Part shown: positions 49,101 to 58,745 of the stretch, piece by piece
Layout of the letters: each line of letters opens with the position of its first letter
Position numbering within the stretch: position 1 is the first letter of the stretch
Source: Mayamaea pseudoterrestris
Lineage: Eukaryota
DNA: 64,000 bases
Reading direction: 5' to 3'
NCBI GenBank assembly: GCA_027923505.1
Contig: BROI01000002.1
Coordinates: 620,001-684,000, forward strand
Notes under the pieces: generated by a model
What the model saw: the letters and a program-made list of their open reading frames with translations, nothing else
Told to the model about the DNA's origin: nothing
Databases searched by the model: none
Program-made: the position numbers and the translations under genes

Positions 49101-50877
49101 GATCAAATCAATCATTCCGGACAAGACTCCTATCCACCTTTTGCTCGACGATCGTATCGAAGAAAAAGTTGACGAGTCTAACAGCACACCCTTCGGATAT
49201 GGCCGAATCGGAGCTGCTCCTCTTGAGCCTGTCCGCATTAAAGTTACGCCGCTTCGACCGCTGACTGAGGCTTTTGGTACTGGTATGCGAGGAAGGCCGG
49301 AGTGGTTCAGGCGTTATTGCGAAGATTTCGTATCTGGTCGATCGCATCGAATGAAAAGTGATGTCCTGTCGACTACCGTCAGGCCGAATCTACGACGAAA
49401 CGCTTCTAATACGGACAATAGCGACCCACAGCACAGAGACCACGCTCGATCTTTTAGTGCGACAGGGTTTTCATCGGGCAACCATGCTCAAGGAATGTCT
49501 CAAACGCGACACCGCCTTTTAGACGTTGGAGATAGTAGCGACAGTGTCGCCCGACCTTCTGGAGGTAAATTTTTAGGAAATACTGACTGTACGGGCTTCA
49601 TCGATAAGGCGACTTGTCTAACACACTGCTTGCGCGTCATTTTAGAACTGGCTGGGGTTGACAAGTTTTGTTTTATTCAACCGAAAGAAAGAAAGTCTTC
49701 CAAAGACTGGTGGAGAACATCTTCAGGTGATGCGGCTGAGAAATCACTGAAAGTCACCCAACTACAAGTTGCTCAAGCTTTCCCAGCTTGCGTCACGCGC
49801 CAGGTTGTTGTCCATCGCTTGGTGTACTCACAAAGCCCACTTGAGGCAGGCATAGATGCAATTTGTCAATGGTGTGCTGTTCTATTCCGCACAGCAATAG
49901 CGACATCTGGACAAGCCATTCTGCAACAGAATGGCGAACCTGGAATTGGAGCAGATGCTGCCAAAGTAGTTGCCGACTGTATTCACGCAAGCAACGTCAA
50001 AGCTATTGGCATTGCATTGCTAAATGGGAATTATGAAATCTCAGACGGGGAAGGCTCCAATGAATTTTCCCACGAGTATGATCGGCTAAGTGACGAGGAA
50101 ATTTCAAAGCTTAGACAGACAGTGTCCCGCTTAATTGTTGTGTTTATCGAGTTACTGCATTTGCTCATTGTGCGAAACCGTGATCAGCTACTTGACGTTA
50201 TTCAGACGCGCAAACGAGGCGATGCAGACTCCCAGTATCCAGCCGCCAGTCTAAACGGTAAGTCAAGTGGGCGCAGCGTCAGCAATGGGCGCATGTCACA
50301 AGACCAGCGCAAAGAGACGCGTGAGCAATCGCCTGCCAGCGAGCATAGTCGCCACCTGTCTCGCGTCACCACGGGGAGCTTCGAAGGACGAAGTGCGCAA
50401 TATTCCTTCCCCTCAACAACGCCAGACCCAAAGGCTCGTATTCGTGGCACTTCGGATATGAGCTCGGTGACTCGGGGAGATCTGCACAAGAGAGGTCGAT
50501 CTGGCGGAGACACTTCTACAGTCTATAAAACAGATTCCGCAATTGCTCTACAAAGCGAACTTCAACGTGCTTTCATAGCCTTTTGCAAAATTCTACATCC
50601 CCGTATCAGCGGCGTGCTTGAGGATGAGACGCCCCGATGGCTTCGAAACTGCATTCAGGACAATTACTTTTCACTCGGCACATACCGCCACACCAAGGTC
50701 CCTATAGCCGATGAATTGTGCTTCAATTCGAACGATCGCACGGACGCTGGGTTCGTTCTCGGTCCGCCGGAAAATGTTGAAACGGTGTCATCGCATGGAA
50801 GCATGGCTGGAAGCTCCAACTCTGTGCTGTCACGAGGATCCTTTACGCGCGAAGCGAACCCATTTGGCGCCTTTTAG
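40102..50877 (+). CDS. DOCK-family (DOCK-C/D, Zizimin/SPIKE1-like) GEF-related protein, ~3510 aa
   Basis: Three ORFs are joined in frame by introns 43011-43086 and 47572-47657, plus a probable 81-nt intron 49565-49645. Motifs: EIEPLFCSVAIY..VTEALHFD, DHR-1-like FLDEFKLKLPLDL..LLFTVFNI, DHR-2-like PEHRVAWLRMLADFH and GRFYRVWFHG..EFIYR. Confidence 0.85.
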
Positions 50878-51339
50878 TCAAATGAAAAGCTGGTAGTTAT
50901 TGCGTGATCGCTCTGTTGTCTCGACTCCTTGCCGTGTAAGACGTTGTCACATATTTTCATAAATCTTAAAAATTTGTTCGCATTATTTCGCCATGGGTGG
51001 GATCCATGCATGTTAACTTTCGTTTTACAAGTGTCAGCTGCTTCTTCGCCGCGGCCTCAGCTAAGCAAGCAGCTGAAATTAAATCTTTAGCATTTTTCTT
51101 TGAGACATTCTGTCCTGCTTGAATTGTGCGTAGACGACGAGACGGACGCTTTGAACTTGTATTTCATGAAAGTCAGCGTTCACTATCGGGACAAAACAAC
51201 GAGCGTCAGATGAAGATTTCGCCATGTCTCATCGGTACACAAAATCTGCAGACATTGTTCTTTACCACAACGCCACAACCTTATCGCTTACATATATATA
51301 TAATAGTTGTTTCACTTTGCCTTATCCATCTCATACACC

Positions 51340-52905
51340 ATGGGCGACGACCAAAAGTCAATTGACGCTGACGCTGACAAGAAACTGACATCAATTGGCC
51401 CGGCGAAGCGAGACGATCATGACGGCGACATGGCTTCACCAAACAAAAAGGCTCGAACGTCAGCGGAAACCTCCATGCCCGTCGACGTTCCAATGAAATT
51501 ATTTGCGACGCTTTCCGATGTTTCTGAGCGCGCTAATCATGCAGCTGATGCGAATCATTGGAGCCAAAGTCACTGCTGGACGCTTCGGGAAATGCTTGGA
51601 TTCGATGGGAATCGTCCTTGTCATCGCATCGATTGGCTCGTCATCTGCAACTACATGATTGATTTCGAGTACTTGCTGGATGAAGTGCCAGAATTAATAT
51701 CCATTCCTCAAGTTTTATCGTTCTATGGAGTTGCCGACACGCCGTGGACCGCCTGGAAGGCTGCTTCTCCGCGCAGCGCCTTTGTGAGACTTGATCCATC
51801 GGCACCACCGGGGCAGGAGAATCCGCTCACGACTAGAATCCCCTATGGCGTTCATCACTCCAAGATTTTTCTCGTTGGGTTCGCGGATGGAACTTTGCGC
51901 GTGATTATTCACACGGCAAACTTGCGCTACAATGACATTCATCTCAAGACGCAGGCTGCATACATTCAGGACTTTGCGCTCAAGAAATCGAATGCTGCTG
52001 CTCCTTCACGACCAAATGACTTTGAAAATGGCCTGGCAATGTACTTGCAGAGCTACAAGTACCAAACTGCCTTAATGGCGACAGAATCACTTGCTGCCGA
52101 GACGCTGGTGCAACGGATCCGCCGCTACGACTACTCATCCGCACAAGTAATTCTCATTCCATCAACGCCAGGCTATCATAGTTTAGACTCGAGACTAGGA
52201 CATTTGGAATTGAGGCGTAACGTGAAGGCTCACGGGGCTCCTGTGGACCGCAATGCTCGCGTAGTTTGTCAATTATCCTCCATTGGGTCGCTGACGGAAA
52301 AGTACTTGGTTGAGTTGCAAGAGTCCATGAACCAGTCGTCATCCTCATCAGGCCAAGGAAGCAATGTGCAAATGAACATTGTCTACCCGACAGTGGAAGA
52401 GATTCGAACGTCTGTCCAAGGCTACCATGGCGGTGGATCCGTCCCAGGGTCGATCAAGAATGTGTCAAAACCGTTTCTGCAACGACTCTATCGCCGATGG
52501 TCCTCGCAAGCATGTAACCCAATCTACAAGCCACGCAACGTTCCGCACATTAAAAGCTACTATCAAACTTGTCCGGATGGCGCGTCACTGAGTTGGTTGG
52601 TTTTGTCGTCACACAATTTGAGCAAGGCCGCCTGGGGCGACGTGATCAATACGAGGTTTGGTAGAAGACTATTCATAAGACACTGGGAGCTGGGAGTGTT
52701 TCTTTCACCAAAACTGTTAAAGGCAACGCGATTGATTCCCTGGACAGCGGCGGCAGTAAGTGCAATGAGGTCTAGAGACGCGATTATTCCACTACCCTAC
52801 AATATGCATCCGGAACCGTATCAGGCAGCCGACCAACCTTGGGCTGTGGACATGCGTTACAGTCGGCCTGATAGTTTTGGTCGACTCAGCGCCCATGACC
52901 CGTAA
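51340..52905 (+). CDS. TDP1: Tyrosyl-DNA phosphodiesterase 1
   Basis: Two HxK..N motifs (GVHHSK...HTANL and PHIKSY...SHNLSKAAWG), plus QLSSIGSL, YPTVEEIR and WELGV. ATG at 51340. Confidence 0.95.
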   Translation: MGDDQKSIDADADKKLTSIGPAKRDDHDGDMASPNKKARTSAETSMPVDVPMKLFATLSDVSERANHAADANHWSQSHCWTLREMLGFDGNRPCHRIDWLVICNYMIDFEYLLDEVPELISIPQVLSFYGVADTPWTAWKAASPRSAFVRLDPSAPPGQENPLTTRIPYGVHHSKIFLVGFADGTLRVIIHTANLRYNDIHLKTQAAYIQDFALKKSNAAAPSRPNDFENGLAMYLQSYKYQTALMATESLAAETLVQRIRRYDYSSAQVILIPSTPGYHSLDSRLGHLELRRNVKAHGAPVDRNARVVCQLSSIGSLTEKYLVELQESMNQSSSSSGQGSNVQMNIVYPTVEEIRTSVQGYHGGGSVPGSIKNVSKPFLQRLYRRWSSQACNPIYKPRNVPHIKSYYQTCPDGASLSWLVLSSHNLSKAAWGDVINTRFGRRLFIRHWELGVFLSPKLLKATRLIPWTAAAVSAMRSRDAIIPLPYNMHPEPYQAADQPWAVDMRYSRPDSFGRLSAHDP

Positions 52906-53014
52906 GGCATGTATGCAAAGGTCCACGGTCGCACATTGATACCTAATGCTTTCTAAATAACATCAGATACGTTTAAACCCCCCTTAAAATACAAATACAA
53001 TCAACACAATGTCA

Positions 53015-53919
53015 TTATACCGACTCCGCCTGACTTTTTTCTGCTTCGTCAACCACTTCAATAATTTCTTCAATAGATGTTTGCTTTTCGCGTTGCGTCT
53101 TGATATAATTCTGACGCAGCTGCGCCTCACGCTGTTCCCGCGCCTTCTTGCGCTCCTCATATTGCTCCTTTTCATGTTGACGGCTCGTTTCGTAGTCCTC
53201 CTCCGTGGCATCTCCAAAGGCTAGGCCGACGCCGCAGCACTGAAATATGGATGGAATGTCAGCAGTTCCAGCGTGCAACCCCTTTTGCTGGGCCTTGCGT
53301 CGTCGCTGAGCATTTCGAATGGCAGCCGTCGATACACCATCCTTCTCCAAATCACGCAATGTCTTGTTGCGGCGAAATGCTGACTGTACCTTGATGGCTG
53401 CCGCCGTCTCCTACAAAAGCAGCAAGTATTGTTGACAGAAAATGTGAGCGACAATTTCGAAGCATCGGCTGGCGCGTTAAAGACACTAAGTAACCGTGAT
53501 GCCACCATCCAACGGTTGGAAGTCGACTACCATGGCACCATGGCGGTTTCCACGGATGATATGGATCCATCAGTAGCTTTCACGTCGATAGTGGAGGCGA
53601 TTTTATGTTATATACGTACAATATCAATCCAATCATATCGTGGAGGCCCACCGAATGCAGCTTCGCGAGCCGTTGGAGCCTGATCTAGCTTGACTTCACG
53701 AACATCTGGAACGCGCGATTTGCGCTGCTTTGGTCGATTGCTCATAGGAGAACCGACAAATGGCTCTCTTCCAGCATCCGCCTCGGGCTGCGGAGATGGA
53801 GTCCCCTCGCGCTTGTCCGCCCTGCTCTTGCGTCGCGGCAAGCGCAGTCGACTCATGAAGCCACGCTTTTGCTTGACTGGCTGTTGTTGTTGCTCGACGC
53901 TGTCGACTGCTTGCATCAT
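53015..53919 (-). CDS. Small IQ-motif / coiled-coil protein of unknown function, two exons
   Basis: Exon 53919-53620 (MMQAV...PPRYDWIDI), intron 53619-53411, exon 53410-53015 beginning ETAAAIKVQSAFRRNKT (IQ-like). Confidence 0.7.
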
Positions 53920-54164
53920 TGTTTGTGCTTTACTTTGGACTCTAATTTGTATAACTGATACCTTTAAGGGTGGCAAAGTGTGGAGATGATGCGCGAAACT
54001 ATGCGTTGGAATTATTCCAAGTTGTTGAGCTCTCCGATGAATGAATCGGAACGGGTTGCCAAAAATCCGAGAACGAGCTGGCGCGCGTTGGGTGCCATTG
54101 CGTCGCCTACTTTGCCAGAGGTTAGCTAACTACCAGCAGCTTGGACTGTCCCTCATGCACATAT

Positions 54165-54236
54165 CATACGTTCGTGTATTGTATTATGTCTTGCTGTTAG
54201 CATACGTTCGTGTATTGTATTATGTCTTGCTGTTAG
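54165..54236. repeat. Exact 36-bp tandem duplication
   Basis: catacgttcgtgtattgtattatgtcttgctgttag at 54165 and again at 54201. Confidence 0.95.
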
Positions 54237-54339
54237 CTATTTTACAATCCTTGATATTCTATCCTACATCATCATTACTATCCTCATGTGAACCTCCCTA
54301 AACGTACCGGTAGGCAATACAAACGATGCCTCAACCCCA

Positions 54340-56262
54340 CTAAACAACATCGTTATCCTTCATCTTTTCCTCCTCGCCGTCATGAAAGCTAAAGACGGAG
54401 CAATCATGTTGCAGCCCCATTCGCAACTGCTTGGATTCCTCCTTGGCTGTGGCAGCGAATTTGAGCAGCTGAGCCTTGTACCGCGTCAACTCCAATTTGC
54501 GCTTGGGCTTTCGAAGCTTGCGCCGGGCATTTTCAATCAACTCACTCTTGCAGAGACATCCGTTATTGTCCGTATCAATCCGCGCAAAGTGTTTGCGCAA
54601 CTCTTCAATGAGCTTCTTGTCAACCTTGCCCATGGCTAGCAACATGAACTCTAGAAACTCGGCTCTCGTGACATTGCCATCTCCATCATCATCCATCAGC
54701 TGCAAATCTTCGTAGGAGAGTTCGCGACTGGCCATGGCTCGTCGGAACTTTTTCGATCGCTTGTCGATAATGTGCTTGGCAATAAACTTCATCCATTGCG
54801 CCGTCGTGGCCACAATGAGGGGAATGAAAATGGAAGTAGCGAATCGGCCCCACTGCGAAACAGGCACAAGATCGCCGTATCCACACGTTGCGGCTGAAAG
54901 AGCTATAAAGTCTGTATGCCATGGATCAGGAAGGAAGTGTTGTTAGATATCAGTGTCACGCATCATGCGTTCGTCGCGAGGCATCAGGTATAACAACGTA
55001 CATGGAACATCGACATGCGGCATGGAACGGAGCGCCGGATCAAAGGACATGATAATGCCAAAGACTGTAAGCACCGACATGATCAAGAATGCACCAGTAG
55101 TAATGTTCGCAGCCGAGGTGGTTGGCTTGATATTCATTGACTTGAGCAAACTGTTCGTCGTCAAGGTCCAGTCCTCCGCTTCTTGCGTCCCCGTCGTTGC
55201 TGCCGTGGCAGTCGTCCTTCCGCCATAAGAATCAACACTCTTGCCTCCCAACGAGTCAAACGATTTGGCGGATTGAAGCTGCATGCTGGCAGACTTTGGA
55301 AACAAGTCTAGCGCCTTTCTCTTCCACTGCCTGTTGGTGCGGTCAATGGCCAGTTCCTGCGCCTCGACAATGTTTGATCCAAGCACACCAATCACAACGG
55401 ACAACCACGCGACACCCGACGCGGCGTAAAACATGGTAAAGATCTTTGCCGCCGGAGTCTCTGGGACAAGGTCGCCGTATCCCACGGTCGTGAACGTTAC
55501 TACGGAAAAGTATATGCAGTCAATGACGCTCCAGTTGTGTCCGCCAAAGACGAAGCGAAAGGCAATGACGGCAATCACGATCCAAACGAACATGCCAATC
55601 AAACATTCCTTCATGGAAAACATGTTGGCATAGGCGAGCCAGTTGCTGTACTGCGCCGACAAACTTTGCGAGTCATCTTCGTCATGGTTGCGTCGGGACA
55701 CCAAGTGTTCGCCGCTGCGCACATGGTGCGACAGCTTCCTCCATCGTTCCGAGCTGGCCTGCTTGCGGAGTCGCTGCTGTCGATGGTGGTAGGCGGCCAA
55801 ATCTTCCGGTGGCAGTGAGCATTCGCCAGCGTCGGGCAGCTGATCGCTCGAGGTACGTGTGATGGAAATGTAGGCTGGAAGAATGGGATTACTGCTGTCA
55901 ATATCAGCATGATGATGATGCGAATCTGTATGATTCTCTAGCAATGGGCGTTGTCGTTCCTTAAAGTTTTCTGCGTCTGTTGAATGTATCCTTCGTTTCA
56001 ATGGAGGTACAAACATGGCCCGTCGGTCCTTTCGCTTCGCCATAAAAGTTCGTCGGTCGGGCAGTTCAATGCATCCAATCATCGGCTGATGATGAACAAC
56101 CTCAGCATCATCATCATGAAGGGCCTTGTACGATAATTCTTCGTCATCCAGCAGCGAAGACTGTTCACATGATTGCTGTTGCTGCTCGCGCATTCGCACT
56201 GTTTGTTGATTATTATTTCGTCGTTGAAACTTGTCATTGTCGACAATGTCATTCAACGACAT
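54340..56262 (-). CDS. Two-pore-domain K+ channel (TPK-like) with two C-terminal EF-hands
   Basis: Pore 1 is YFSVVTFTTVGYGDLVP. Intron 55001-54912 restores pore 2, DVPYFIALSAATCGYGDLVP. EF-hands DDDGDGNVTRAE and DTDNNGCLCKSE. Confidence 0.92.
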
Positions 56263-56663
56263 GTTGCTGCTGCTGCTACGGTTGATCCAAGTTGAGAAAC
56301 TGATTTATGGCAGTGGGCGTTGGATATGCATCCACATGGCCATCGGCGCACTTTCCACGAGGTACGAATAATGAAGTAACCGCTTCCGTTATCCGTTGGA
56401 AGCGTGTCGGCCGAAACCTCGTACATTCGAACGCATAGTTCCGTGACCATATGAGTCATGACGGAGTAAGTCGTCAAAAATGTTCGGAATTTGTGATCGT
56501 GCATAGTTTGGTGACTGTGCTACAAACGGTGAACCAGTGCGAGACATGATCGCTGCCAACCGATTCCTTGCCACTGTGTTGGCATCGCACCGCAGCTGTC
56601 ATGACCATGGACCTTGTCCACATTCGAATGCTTCCAATCAAGCTAACGATGAGCCATGCAAAC

Positions 56664-58733
56664 ATGAATTGGAACAGAAAGCTTTGCTTACTGCTACTAC
56701 TTGTTGCGAGTTTCATATCAGGCTGTCATGCCTTTGTCCTCCAGCCGATCCCGTCACCAATAGCACTCGTTACGCAATCGCCACGACCATGTCATGCAGT
56801 CGTCAATTCGAATCAACGCAGCGTTTCTGTAATCAAAATGTCATGGAATCCAGAAAACGATGTCGTTTTAGATAGTGACGACGAAAATCTGCAAGAATTT
56901 GAACCCGTCGAGCTCCCGGATGACCGCGAAACGGCACTGTCGCTCGACGACGTGGAGTCACTCACCGTCGTGCAACTCAAGCAGCAGCTGCGACTACGCA
57001 ACCTAAAAGTGTCCGGCAACAAGGCGGAACTAATGACGCGACTATTGCAACACTCGGGAACGTATATAGATTCTACTAATAGTAGTGACGACGAGCGTTT
57101 TGTTGACGTTTCCGACTACTTGGATCCGGAGGATGCTGGGGCGTCAACCAAGTCGCAAGCCATTGGCGACCAAGCGAGTGCAGTCGATCTTGATGACGAC
57201 GATGACGAACCTTTGGAATCTATTCGCTTCAATGAAGTCTGGGGCGCCAGTGCTCGCATTGTGGAGGACTACGAGGGACGAGGATTGGTCGTGGACGGCA
57301 TGAGTCGAACCGTTGTAGAATTCACGGGATCCAATCAAACCACGGTGCAAGCCTACGTTGCAGCAACGCGCGACGCGCTGAGACCCTTTCTGCAGTCGAC
57401 CAATGTCACCATGGCCACGTCGGCGGAGGATCGACTGTTTGCGATTCAAAAGCAGCGCGAGCAGGCGGCGACGCGGCCCATTCGGTTTGACGACGAAACT
57501 GGATTGGACGAAGGCGATGAATCTGGTATATACAAGGACATACTGAACCGAGACTTTACCGATTGGGGCAAATATACGCCGACGGGCGCTCAACTATCGG
57601 CCGAGGAAGTGCAAGGCGTCTTACTGCTGAGTGATATATACGGCATGGACAATGAAGATACTCGCGCACTCGCGGAAAAAATTGCGTTCGAATGCCAACC
57701 GGTTGTTGTCATGGTACCCGACTTGTTTTGTGGCAAACCTTGGACTGGTGCAACAGATGAGCGCAATGAGCATGGCGAAACTTACGAGGAATGGCGAAAG
57801 CAGCATGACGATTTGCGAGTAAGCGTTGACATTCGAGCTGCAGCAGCTTGTTTGCGCGAACGATACGCAGTCTCGTCCATTGTCGTTTGGGGAACTTGCT
57901 TTGGGGGTGGACGCGCGCTGGAAGCTGCCTCTGGTTGGTTGCCGAATGGTAGCATTCATGACGTTGATGGTTCCATTGGTCCGCCGCTAGTGAATCCTGC
58001 CGTTGCGGTTGCATGGTATCCGACGCGTTATAATGTCGCTGAATTGTTTGGCAATGACAGAGTGGCTGCACAAGAAAGCGATGATATTGAACAACAAAAA
58101 ATGGCAGTCATGGCAGTGTTCGGAGGCAAAGATACCATACCAGGTGCCACAGCGGCAGACGCTGCAACGCTAAAGTCGCTGCTGGAGGAAGACAATCGTG
58201 TTTGTGACCTGATGGTTAAGGTTTTCCCCGAACAGGATCATGGATTTGCTCATCGCGGTCTGAGTACTCCGGAAGAGACAGACTATTTTGAACGTTTTGT
58301 TGATGAAGAGTTTGGCGGCGCTGGCAGAATTAATGTGGGCGGTGGAGATGCGGAAGTGGCATGTCTTTTATCCACAGCGTTTATGGAGACATACAGCAGA
58401 GTCTTTTTGCCCACGACTGGTCCGCCTGTAAATTTAGACGATTCTGAACTGGAATGGTCTCGCAAACTGGAGACGAAGGACCTTGTAGAAGCGAACCAGC
58501 GCGATGTTCGCAAGGAAATGGAGAATGCAATGAACAATTTTGTTGACGATCCTTTGGATGGCTATATGGTAGATCCTACGGAAGAAGCTGATCGAGAGGA
58601 GCTCGCTAAAATATTACGCTCTATGCAAGATCCTGAACTAGCAAAAGGACCGAATGCGATTGAGGATCAAGACGATTTGAATTTAGTTTATGCAAAGCTA
58701 TTATCGGGACCCGACAAATTTGAAATATTTTAA
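56664..58733 (+). CDS. Signal/plastid-targeted SAP-domain + dienelactone-hydrolase-family fusion protein
   Basis: Presequence MNWNRKLCLLLLLVASFISGCHA-FVLQP (start could be slightly upstream). SAP motif LTVVQLKQQLRLRNLKVSGNKAELMTRL. DLH motifs SDIYG, VPDLF, GTCFGG, GGKD and DHGFAHR. Confidence 0.85.
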   Translation: MNWNRKLCLLLLLVASFISGCHAFVLQPIPSPIALVTQSPRPCHAVVNSNQRSVSVIKMSWNPENDVVLDSDDENLQEFEPVELPDDRETALSLDDVESLTVVQLKQQLRLRNLKVSGNKAELMTRLLQHSGTYIDSTNSSDDERFVDVSDYLDPEDAGASTKSQAIGDQASAVDLDDDDDEPLESIRFNEVWGASARIVEDYEGRGLVVDGMSRTVVEFTGSNQTTVQAYVAATRDALRPFLQSTNVTMATSAEDRLFAIQKQREQAATRPIRFDDETGLDEGDESGIYKDILNRDFTDWGKYTPTGAQLSAEEVQGVLLLSDIYGMDNEDTRALAEKIAFECQPVVVMVPDLFCGKPWTGATDERNEHGETYEEWRKQHDDLRVSVDIRAAAACLRERYAVSSIVVWGTCFGGGRALEAASGWLPNGSIHDVDGSIGPPLVNPAVAVAWYPTRYNVAELFGNDRVAAQESDDIEQQKMAVMAVFGGKDTIPGATAADAATLKSLLEEDNRVCDLMVKVFPEQDHGFAHRGLSTPEETDYFERFVDEEFGGAGRINVGGGDAEVACLLSTAFMETYSRVFLPTTGPPVNLDDSELEWSRKLETKDLVEANQRDVRKEMENAMNNFVDDPLDGYMVDPTEEADREELAKILRSMQDPELAKGPNAIEDQDDLNLVYAKLLSGPDKFEIF

Positions 58734-58745
58734 AGCGATGAAGAG

